From: Clostridia bacterium | Lineage (GTDB): Bacteria > Bacillota > Clostridia > Christensenellales > UBA1242 | DNA: 64,000 nucleotides | Direction: 5' to 3' | Assembly (NCBI GenBank): GCA_045638465.1 | Contig: JAZUBK010000028.1 | Location: 40,335 to 104,334 of the forward strand | In this document: one piece after another, positions 8,898-18,400 of the stretch | Numbering within the stretch: position 1 is the first letter of the stretch | Layout: every line of letters starts with the position of its first letter | Notes under the pieces: model-generated | Databases searched by the model: none | The model's input: only the letters and a program-made list of their open reading frames with translations | What the model was told of the DNA's origin: nothing | Made by a program: the position numbers and the translations under genes

Positions 8898-10604
8898 TTA
8901 GAAATCATAAGGAACTGAGAAAACCGCTTTGATTTTTTCTAGTTTTTCTTCGTCTAGTCTTTCAAATAATGGTGCTGGTTTTAGGCACTCATGGTCTTTT
9001 GTGATAAGAAGCTCTGAGGCTTTGCTCCACATATCGTTAGCTGTAGGATCACCACTAAGACCAATTTGGTTTTGCCAAATGTCTTTCATTTTGTTTGGCA
9101 TAATAGGACTAGCTACGATTGCAAGAGATGCGCAAAGGTTTAGGCATAGATATAATACTTTTGCTACTTCGTCCATTTTTTCTTGTTTTACTAGTTGCCA
9201 TGGAGCGGTTTGCTCAAGGTATAGGTTACCTGCACTAGCATAAGCCATAATCTTTTTGTATGCTTCTCTAAGCTCTGCGTTTTCAAAACTATCTGCGATA
9301 TCTTGAGGAGCAGTTTTGATTTTTTCAAGTAACGCTTTATCAAAATCATTTAGTTCTACACTGTCATTTAGTTCAAAGTTTAGTTTTCCACCAAAGTTCT
9401 TTTGAATCATATTGATGGTTCTATTAAATAGGTTGCCTAGTTTACCAACTAGTTCTGCGTTTGTATTGTCTTTGAAACTTTCCCACTTAAAGTCGCTATC
9501 TCTTGTTTCTGGAATAACAGTTGTAAGGTAAGCTCTCATTGTGTCAATATCAATATCATTATCATCATTTACTAGAGCCCCAAAGAACACACCAACGCCC
9601 TTGCTCTTACTTACTTTTTGACCTTCAAAGTTTAGGAAGTTCAAGCCACATACATTGTGTGCGATATTATAGTCGCCATTTTCTATCTCCATAGTTGGGA
9701 AGAAAATAGTATGGAATTGGATATTGTCTTTGCCTACGAAGTTATAGATTTTTGCGTCTTTATTTACCCATAGGTCTTGGTATTTTTGTTCGCTTAGTTC
9801 TTTTGTGATAGAGATATAACCAATAGGTGCGTCAAACCAAACGTAGAATACTTTATCTTCGTATCCTTTTAGAGGAATTGGGAATCCCCAAGGTATATCC
9901 CTTGAGATACATCTATCTTTTAGGCCTTCGGCAACCCATTTTTTTGCTTCGCTATAAACGTGTGGTCTCCAAATATCTTTTTTAGTATCGATCCATTTGT
10001 CTAGCTTATCAATATCTTTTGATAGGTTTAGGAAAATGTGTTTTGATTTTCTAAGCACTGCAGGTTCACCGCAAACTTTACATCTAGCGTCTTTTAGTTC
10101 GTTTAGAGAAAATAGGCTATCACATTTTTCGCATTGGTCACCATTTGCACCTTCATAGCCACATTTTGGGCAAGTACCTACAACGAATCTATCAGGAAGG
10201 AACATTTTATCTTTTTCGCAATAGAACATTTCTATTTCGTCTTCTTTGATATATCCGCCGTTGTACAACTTCATAAAGAAGTCTTGTGTAACTTGTTTGT
10301 GAATGTCTGTGTTTGTATGAGAATAAATATCATAGCTTATGCAAAGTTTTTTGTAGATTTTGTCGTGAACTGCGTGAAGTTTTGCAGTCAAATCTTCTAC
10401 CTTCATACCTTTTTCTTGAGCGGTAATCATGGCTGGTGTTCCGTGCATATCAGAACCACCTACAAATGTTGTATCATAACCTGCGCTACGGCAGTATCTA
10501 GCAAATATGTCTGCTGGTAAATGGCAACCTACTATGTGACCTACGTGAGGAATATTATTAACATAAGTAAGAGCCGCTGTAATTAATCTCTTTTCTTTTT
10601 TCAT
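8898..10604 (-). CDS. metG: methionine--tRNA ligase
   Basis: HIGH-type motif (NNIPHVGHIVG), KMSKS-type motif (KVSKSKG), zinc knuckles CPKCGYEGANGDQCEKC..CKVCGEP. Confidence 0.95.
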   Translation of the reverse strand: MKKEKRLITAALTYVNNIPHVGHIVGCHLPADIFARYCRSAGYDTTFVGGSDMHGTPAMITAQEKGMKVEDLTAKLHAVHDKIYKKLCISYDIYSHTNTDIHKQVTQDFFMKLYNGGYIKEDEIEMFYCEKDKMFLPDRFVVGTCPKCGYEGANGDQCEKCDSLFSLNELKDARCKVCGEPAVLRKSKHIFLNLSKDIDKLDKWIDTKKDIWRPHVYSEAKKWVAEGLKDRCISRDIPWGFPIPLKGYEDKVFYVWFDAPIGYISITKELSEQKYQDLWVNKDAKIYNFVGKDNIQFHTIFFPTMEIENGDYNIAHNVCGLNFLNFEGQKVSKSKGVGVFFGALVNDDNDIDIDTMRAYLTTVIPETRDSDFKWESFKDNTNAELVGKLGNLFNRTINMIQKNFGGKLNFELNDSVELNDFDKALLEKIKTAPQDIADSFENAELREAYKKIMAYASAGNLYLEQTAPWQLVKQEKMDEVAKVLYLCLNLCASLAIVASPIMPNKMKDIWQNQIGLSGDPTANDMWSKASELLITKDHECLKPAPLFERLDEEKLEKIKAVFSVPYDF

Positions 10605-11059
10605 TTCTTTCTACCTTTTTCACTTTCTATAATTATTGTAACCGGACCATCATTGTGAATATCTATTTGCATATCTCCGCCAAAAACACCTGTTTGGATA
10701 TTTTTGTAAGGATATTTTTTACATTCTTCAATGAATTTATTATACATTTCTTCTGCCTTTACAGGCATCATTGCATCAGAAAAACTAGGTCTAAAGCCAT
10801 CGTATGCATTTCCGTATAAAGTAAAGTTGCTTATAATTAAAATTTCGCCACCTACTTTTTCAATATTATAGTTCATCTTTTCATTTTCGTCCTCGAATAT
10901 CCTAAGACCTGCTATTTTACGAGCTAAATATTGAATATCCCAGTCTGTATCATCTTGACCTATACCAAGAAGCACCATAAACCCTTTGGCTATCTTGCCA
11001 ACAAGTTTTCCATCTACTTTTACTCTAGCATTTGTACATCTTTGAATTACTGCTTTCAT
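10601..11059 (-). CDS. dtd: D-aminoacyl-tRNA deacylase
   Basis: MKAVIQR.., SNFTLYG, NDGPVTI. ATGA overlap with the metG start. Confidence 0.93.
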   Translation of the reverse strand: MKAVIQRCTNARVKVDGKLVGKIAKGFMVLLGIGQDDTDWDIQYLARKIAGLRIFEDENEKMNYNIEKVGGEILIISNFTLYGNAYDGFRPSFSDAMMPVKAEEMYNKFIEECKKYPYKNIQTGVFGGDMQIDIHNDGPVTIIIESEKGRKK

Positions 11060-11706
11060 TATTCTTTTGTGCCTCCCTTAATAATCTTTGTAATAAGGGC
11101 TTTTGCAAATCCAAACCATAACAAAACCATAATTTGTAAACAAAGAGCAACAATCATAAGTAACCATATACGGCTATTTCCACCAAAAGTGTGGACTGTC
11201 AAACATATAGTTACAAAGATAGACCACACAAGACCCGATATGCTAAAGAATCTATATATTCTCTTTGCCCATATACAACTAAACACCACTAGCAAAATGA
11301 AATTGATTGTCAAAGCGTAGATAAATATTATCCATGACTTTGTGATTTGAGGTGCGATGATTTCTGGCAAAATAAAAATAAGCATCGCAATACACCAAAC
11401 AAGGCCACAAGAAAGTAATGTAACAAATAGTTTAACAACATTAGATTTGTGTTCGTTGTTTTTAACAATCTTTTCACGCTTTTTTGTATCTCCTGACAAA
11501 AGATCGTCTAGTGTAATACCATAAAAGTCTGCAATTTGCTTTAAGGTATATACGTCAGGTATAGCCTCTGCTCTTTCCCACTTTGACACTGCCTTGTCAG
11601 AATAATTCAGTTTCTCAGCTATGTCTAGTTGAGTTAGACCTTTTTGCTTACGATAAAATATTAAGTTGTCTGCGATATTACGCTTTAAAATATTTTGTTC
11701 GTCCAT
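11059..11706 (-). CDS. XRE-family HTH regulator fused to a 4-helix membrane domain
   Basis: HTH_3 pattern RKQKGLTQLDIAEKLNYSDKAVSKWERAEAIPDVYTLKQIADFYGITLDDLL, then about 4 TM helices. 1-nt overlap (TAATG) with dtd. Confidence 0.8.
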   Translation of the reverse strand: MDEQNILKRNIADNLIFYRKQKGLTQLDIAEKLNYSDKAVSKWERAEAIPDVYTLKQIADFYGITLDDLLSGDTKKREKIVKNNEHKSNVVKLFVTLLSCGLVWCIAMLIFILPEIIAPQITKSWIIFIYALTINFILLVVFSCIWAKRIYRFFSISGLVWSIFVTICLTVHTFGGNSRIWLLMIVALCLQIMVLLWFGFAKALITKIIKGGTKE

Positions 11707-11918
11707 GCCACTATTATATTATTATATATGCAATTTATCAAGTGTTTTTCACAACTTTTTTTACATCATTTTTGTCACTCTACTCTGAGTAGAGAAGAAT
11801 TTTTTGACTCTACTTTGAAGAATTTAAAAGTAGGTTGTTATTTTTTATAAGAATAAATAAAATAACGTTGTAAGCAAAGCTTACAAAAAACTAGTTAAAA
11901 TGAGCGTAGGAGATAATT

Positions 11919-12764
11919 ATGAAAATAGCTATTTCGGCAGAAACTACTATAGATATGCCAAAAGAATTATTAGAAAAATACAACATTCACACAACTGCAT
12001 TTACAATACTTTTGGGTGAAGATACAAAACTAGACGGAGAACTAAAGACAGACGAAATCTTTGAGTATGTGCAAAAAACAAAAATACTACCAAAGACAAG
12101 CGCTATAAACGAATTTCAATACACAGAACACTTCGAAAAACTACTTGCAGATTATGATGCCGTAGTACATATCAGTTTGTCATCAGAAATTAGCAGTGCT
12201 TGTAACAATGCAAAAGCTGCAGCAAGTAAGATGCAAAACATCTATATCATAGACTCTCGTAGTTTGTCTACAGGTATTGCTCTACTTGCAATATACGCAT
12301 CTAAACTTGCAGCGGGTGGCAAAATATCTGCTGCAGAGATTACAAATCTTGTAACAGCAAGAGTACCTCATGTTCAAGCAAGTTTTATCGTTGAAAGACT
12401 AGACTACTTGCACAAAGGTGGCAGATGCTCATCTATTGCACTACTTGGTGCTAACCTTTTGAAAATTAGACCTCAAATTGTGGTAAAAGATGGCAAGATG
12501 CAATCTGCAAAAAAATATCGTGGCAATATCGATAAAGTTATCGAAGATTATTCAAAAGATGTTATAGAACAATTTAACACACCAGACCTTACAACTGCTT
12601 TTGTAACCTATACAACAGCAACAGAAGGTATGATTGCTGCAGCTAAAAAAGCACTTCAAGATAGGGGCTTTAAAGAAATATATGAAACTAGAGCTGGAGC
12701 TACTATCTCTTCTCACTGTGGCGAACATACTTTGGGAATTCTTTATATTAACGATGGCAAATAG
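11919..12764 (+). CDS. DegV-family fatty-acid-binding protein
   Basis: DegV pattern including LDYLHKGGR and LKIRP. AGGAG RBS. Confidence 0.9.
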   Translation: MKIAISAETTIDMPKELLEKYNIHTTAFTILLGEDTKLDGELKTDEIFEYVQKTKILPKTSAINEFQYTEHFEKLLADYDAVVHISLSSEISSACNNAKAAASKMQNIYIIDSRSLSTGIALLAIYASKLAAGGKISAAEITNLVTARVPHVQASFIVERLDYLHKGGRCSSIALLGANLLKIRPQIVVKDGKMQSAKKYRGNIDKVIEDYSKDVIEQFNTPDLTTAFVTYTTATEGMIAAAKKALQDRGFKEIYETRAGATISSHCGEHTLGILYINDGK

Positions 12765-12845
12765 GACACCCTCCTACTTCCATATCTAACATTTTGGCGG
12801 AGTAACCCTTTTTAAATTATCTAGCCCTCAAAATGTTAGAAAAAA

Positions 12846-12871
12846 GACGGCAATTTATTGCCGTTTTTTTA
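12846..12871 (+). terminator. intrinsic terminator after the DegV gene
   Basis: ACGGCAA-TTTA-TTGCCGT hairpin plus T7. Confidence 0.8.
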
Positions 12872-13078
12872 TGCAAAATATAAAGTTTTAATCGGTATAA
12901 AAAACAAAATAAATTTAATGTAAATATAGAGGTAAAATAACTCAATTTTGATGTCAAAAAAAATTTGATTTTTTGCTAGTTTTTGAGATTGTAAAGAACA
13001 TTGATTTTATAAAAAAATAGCCTATTTTTAATCAAAAATGGGCTATTTTTGTTATTTTTCTGAAAATTTTGTTTTTTG

Positions 13079-15229
13079 TTATTCGATACCTTTTAAAGTC
13101 AAAGCGATACGGTTTTTATCAAGGTCTACAGATAGGATTTTTACCTTCAAAACTTCGCCAACTTTTAGGGCTTCTGATGGGTGTTTGATGTACTTGTCGC
13201 TGATTTGCGAAATGTGGATAAGGCCGTCTTGGTGAACACCGATATCTACAAAAGCACCAAAGTCTATAACGTTACGAACAGTGCCACGAAGAACCATACC
13301 TTCTTTTAGGTCTTTGATATCAAGAATATCACTTCTTAATTCTACAGGCTCTAGTTGGTCACGAATATCTCTGCCTGGCTTTACAATTTCGGTAATGATA
13401 TCTTGAAGTGTTGGAACACCAATTCCGCACTCTTTAGCTACTTTTTCTTCGCCTTTTGCATTTACCATTTCTGGCAAATGTACTAATTCGCCGTTTTTTA
13501 CGCTTTCGTCTGTGAAGTTAAACATTTTCAAAAGTTTTTCGGCAGCATCATAACTTTCTGGGTGAACAGCGGTGTTATCTAAGATGTTTTTGCCATCTAC
13601 AATGCGAAGGAAACCTGCACATTGTTCAAAGGCTTTTCCACCTAGTTTTTTAACTTTCAAAAGTTCTTGCCTATCTACAAATTGGCCATTTTCTTGTCTA
13701 TAGTCTACGATGTTTTTTGCGATACCGCTATTTAGACCAGAAACGTAAGATAAAAGGCTTGGAGATGCAGTGTTTAGATCTACACCAACACTATTAACGC
13801 AGTCTTCTACAACGCCTGTTAGCACTTCGGTTAGTCTTTTTTGTGGCATATCGTGTTGATATTGACCAACGCCAATTGATTTTACGTCGATTTTGATAAG
13901 CTCTGCTAGTGGGTCTTGCAATCTACGTGCGATAGAAACTGCACTTCTGTGTGCTGGTTCAAAGTCTGGGAATTCTTCGGCACCTAGTTTTGATGCACTA
14001 TAAACAGAAGCTCCTGCTTCGTTTACTACAGCATATGCTACTGGACGAGTTTGTTTTTTAATTAAATTCGCAACAAACATTTCTGATTCTTTTGATGCGG
14101 TGCCGTTACCGATAGAGATAACGTCTACTTTATGTTTGTTGATAAGTTTGGTCAAAACTTCTTCTGCCTCTTCAATTTTGTTTTGAGGAGGAGTTGGGAA
14201 GATAACTGTACGATCAAGCACGTTGCCATTGCTATCGATAACTGCGATTTTGCAACCAGTACGATAAGCTGGGTCAAGGCCTAAGATTGTTTTGCCTTTT
14301 AGAGGGGCTTGAAGCAATAGAGGTCTTAGGTTAACATCAAACATTTTGATTGCTTGTTCGTTTGCTTTGTCTGTAAGGGCGGTACGAAGTTCTCTTTCAA
14401 GAGATGGGAACAAAAGTCTATCATATCCATCTTCGATTGCTTCGTTTACTAAACTTTCAGTAACAATTCCTTCTTTTAGGAACATTGTTTTGATTATTGT
14501 GATGGCTTTTTCTCTGTTTACTTCGATTTTTACCTTCAAACATTCTTCATTTTCGCCACGGTTGATTGCTAGAATTCTGTGGCTTGGGATTTTGGCGATA
14601 GTTTCGCCAAAGTCTTTGTACATTTCGTAGGTTTTGCTATTTTCGTTCTCTACCAAAGTTGTTTTGATTTCGGCTATTTTTTCCATCATTTCTCTTAGGT
14701 CTTTACGAACTTCAGCAGAATCCGAAATCATCTCGGCGATGATATCTTTTGCTCCTTGGATTGCCTCTTCTGGTGATTTTAGGCCATTTTCTTCGGTAAT
14801 ATATGTTAAGGCAAGGGCATTAATATCTCCGTCGATTTCGCCAGATAAGATACTTTCGGCTAGTGGTTTTAGACCTTTTGCGATAGCCTCACTAGCTCTT
14901 GTCTTTCTCTTTGGTTTAAATGGTCTATAGATATCTTCTACCTCAGTAAGTGTTGTAGCGTCTTCTATAGATTTTGCTAATTCTTCGGTCATATTACCTT
15001 GCTCGGTAATTGTTTTTGTGATTTCCTCTTTTCTTTTGTTTAAAGATCTAAGGTAAGTTAGTCTGTCAAAAAATTCTCTAAGCACTTGGTCGTCACAACT
15101 TCCTGTCATTTCCTTTCTATATCTTGCAATAAAAGGAATAGTGCAACCTTCGTCTATTAGGTTTATGATGTTAGTTGTGTGGATAGGTTTAAGTGAAAAT
15201 TCTTGAGTAAGTGTTTGTTCAATATTCAT
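13079..15229 (-). CDS. Tex-like transcription accessory protein (YqgF/HhH/S1 domains)
   Basis: Tex N-terminus (IPFIARYRKE), central YqgF-like region, C-terminal S1 domain (GTVRNVIDFGAFVDIG..GLIHISQ). I place the start at ATG 15229 (MNIEQT..); the ORF-track start at 15289 adds 20 unlikely residues. Confidence 0.9.
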   Translation of the reverse strand: MNIEQTLTQEFSLKPIHTTNIINLIDEGCTIPFIARYRKEMTGSCDDQVLREFFDRLTYLRSLNKRKEEITKTITEQGNMTEELAKSIEDATTLTEVEDIYRPFKPKRKTRASEAIAKGLKPLAESILSGEIDGDINALALTYITEENGLKSPEEAIQGAKDIIAEMISDSAEVRKDLREMMEKIAEIKTTLVENENSKTYEMYKDFGETIAKIPSHRILAINRGENEECLKVKIEVNREKAITIIKTMFLKEGIVTESLVNEAIEDGYDRLLFPSLERELRTALTDKANEQAIKMFDVNLRPLLLQAPLKGKTILGLDPAYRTGCKIAVIDSNGNVLDRTVIFPTPPQNKIEEAEEVLTKLINKHKVDVISIGNGTASKESEMFVANLIKKQTRPVAYAVVNEAGASVYSASKLGAEEFPDFEPAHRSAVSIARRLQDPLAELIKIDVKSIGVGQYQHDMPQKRLTEVLTGVVEDCVNSVGVDLNTASPSLLSYVSGLNSGIAKNIVDYRQENGQFVDRQELLKVKKLGGKAFEQCAGFLRIVDGKNILDNTAVHPESYDAAEKLLKMFNFTDESVKNGELVHLPEMVNAKGEEKVAKECGIGVPTLQDIITEIVKPGRDIRDQLEPVELRSDILDIKDLKEGMVLRGTVRNVIDFGAFVDIGVHQDGLIHISQISDKYIKHPSEALKVGEVLKVKILSVDLDKNRIALTLKGIE

Positions 15230-15461
15230 TTTTGTATCCTTTTGTGTGTTTTTTTGGACGCAAAGTCCCAAACACCTAAAGGTTAACATAATTTTTGGAG
15301 TTAGAGCAACTATTTTTTATAAAAAAACACAAACTAAAATTTAGAATATTTGCCACAAAATTGGCGACAAAAAGTTGCTTTGTTTTTTATAATAATATAT
15401 TATATACTATGTATTAATATATTTATCATTATAGTTAGGGCTTTGCCCTCAGAGGTGTTTT

Positions 15462-18400
15462 ATGAAAAACGTTAAAAAATTTTTACATTCGATAATCTTA
15501 GTATTTACCTTGCTACTATGCACGGCATCTTTTAGTGCGTGTGGCGGAGTAAATGTCACCAAAATATCTATCGACGGAGGACCACAGTTTTTGGAAGTGG
15601 GTGAAGAGTACACATTTTCTGCTACTCTAACCCCTAAGAAAGCTAGTAGCAAAGATATAACTTGGTCTAGCAATAATACGGCGGTAGCATCTATCAACGA
15701 AAAAGGTAAAGTCAAAGCAAAATCTGCAGGTACAGCAATAATCACTGCGATGAGCAAGAAAAACAGTAATGTAAAAGACACCTTTGAACTTGTAGTAGCG
15801 GGAGGCGATAGCGGAATCATAATGCTAAAGTCCGAACATACCTACGATGGACAACCTAAGCCTTATGAAGCATCATATGTTCCTGAGGGCCTAACAGTAA
15901 GATATACTTACTACATAAAAGACGTTTACCCAGAAAGTGGATATGCCCCTACTGATGCTGGTAACTATCAAGTATTTGCATACGACACTGTTACTGGAAG
16001 AAAGTTTGAAAAAACTGGTAACCTTATCATAAAACAAAAACAAGTTTCTGTAAGTGTAGGAGATTACACCAAAAAGTTCAGTGAGCCAGACCCAACATTT
16101 ACAGCCACTGTATCAGGACTTGTAGAAGGCGACACCCTTAACTATACAATCAAGCGTACAGCAGGTGAAAACGTAGAGCAATACTCAATATATCCAGAAG
16201 TAGAAGCTCACAAAAACTACTACCCTATCATCTCTGAAGGTAGACTAACTATTGAACAACTACCTGTAAAACTTATTGTAGACAATAAAACTTCAACTTA
16301 TGGCGACACTCTACAAACCCCAACTTACACTTTGCAAACATTAGATAACTATTTGCTTGATGATTCTATAAAGGCACAAATTCAAGGCGCTCCTGTAATA
16401 GAAATGCCAACAGGCACAACAAGACTAAATCAAGGTAGTTACTCTATTACTGCAGACAACCTATCTTCTACAAACCTAAATATCACTTCTAGACAAAATG
16501 GTACTTATACTGTAAGCAAAAAGATAGTTACTATTGCAATAGGTCCAGAGCAATTCAAATATGCAGGTCAAAGCGACCCAGCACTTGTATATGCAATTGA
16601 CGGAACTTTGGAAGGTGACGACTTGTCTGGTTGTCTATCTAGAGTTCATGGTGAGACAGTAGGCTTCTATGAATATGTAATCAACCAAGGAATAAATACT
16701 AACTATACAATTATGACAGAAGCTGGTGCTACTGCTTATAAATTTGAAGTTAGAAGCAATGACGTTATTATTACATTTAACACCTTTGCTATTGATTACT
16801 CACAAACAAATAAAGAGGGATTTATTCCTACAGATTGCTACAACTATACAATCACAATAAATGCTATCCAAAAAGATTATGAAGTTGACGCTTTGGGCAA
16901 TATTTATCTTGATGGGGCAGATTCTGTAACACTTTCTCATGAAATCACAAAAGAAGCTCATATGACAGATGAGGAAAAAGCTTCTTATTATCAAAAATGG
17001 AAAGTTGTTCCTAGCAAACTAGCAACAAGCGGATATACCGATCCTGCAAAATACACCTTTACTTTTGTAGAGGGTTATAAATATCTAAATCTTCTAGACC
17101 TAAACATCTATGCAACAGAGACTTACAAAGTTTATGGTGATGTAGACCCTGCCCTAACTTATAACGCAGTAGGATTTTTGGAAGGTGATGACGCAGAAAG
17201 CGTTTTGAAAACCGTAGAACTAAAAAGAGAAATGGGCGAGAACGTTAATGACAACGGATATGCCATTACTCTAAAAGATGATATTGAATTATTTGACACA
17301 AAGACTTATTACAAACCTATCTTTAACCCTGGTGTGTTTGTAATAGAGAAAAGAGAACTTAGAGTAACACCTATAAGTTACACCGAAGACAACCCTATCT
17401 ATTATGGCGAAGCACCAAGGGTATTAGAGATCGATACAACAGACTTAAATATTGCTTCTCGTGATAACATCACATCAGTTTTAACCGGTGAGCTTAGCAG
17501 AGCAAATAACGAAGACGTTGGACAATATCCAATTCTTGGAACAGATTTGCAACTTTTGTCAGACAACTACTATATCACATACACTCCTGGTGTATACACT
17601 ATTATTCCTAGACCTCTACATATCACAGCTATTGATATGTCTATTCAATATGGCGAAAGCGTTTCTAGATATCAATATTCTTATAGTATCATTGATGAAT
17701 TTACCTATATTGATGAAGAAGGCGAAGAGGCTGTAGATCTTAGATTCTACACTATTGACGACCCTTCATTTAGTGGTTCTCTTGCGCTAACAAGTTACGG
17801 ACTACTACTTGCAAACCACACCTACACTATAGGTCAAGGTAATCTTACTGCTGGTGGAAACTTTGATATTACCTTTGCTCAAGGAACTTTGACTGTTGTT
17901 CCTAGAGAAGTAACACTTGCTTTTACTGCTCAATCATATGGCTTTACAGAATATGACGCTATGGAGGCAGAAGGCAACGCAGCAGTTATTGATGCACTTG
18001 TTTACAATTTCAAACCAGACCTTGCATACAATGACACTTGCAACATTACTTATTGCGGTAGAGCAATAGATAGAGATACAAATATTGTAACTTTGGCAAA
18101 AGACTCTGAAGAAAACTATGTTTTGGAATTGGAGTTCTTGGCGGCGGACGGAACTATCTTGGACGACTGCTATAACGTAACTATTAACGACAACTTTGTT
18201 GAATTGTTCTATCTAGGACAATCTTTGCTTGATGTTTCTATCAACAGCAAAGCTGGTGGACAAATACTAGAAAAAACTTATGGTGATAGCTATAACATAA
18301 TTGATGTATTTACAATTGTTACAACCAATCCAGAATACACACTAGAATTTACTTCTGCATCATTTAACATCAAAGGTATCACTGACCAAGCACACAAAAC

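Noticed and set aside
8352-12802. A shared 11-mer TTTTGGCGGAG downstream of folD (8352-62) and of the DegV gene (12792-802), resembling a tRNA 3' end like the TGGCG of tRNA-Ser.
   Set aside because: An 11-nt match is expected by chance many times in 64 kb, and the flanks do not align or fold as tRNA.
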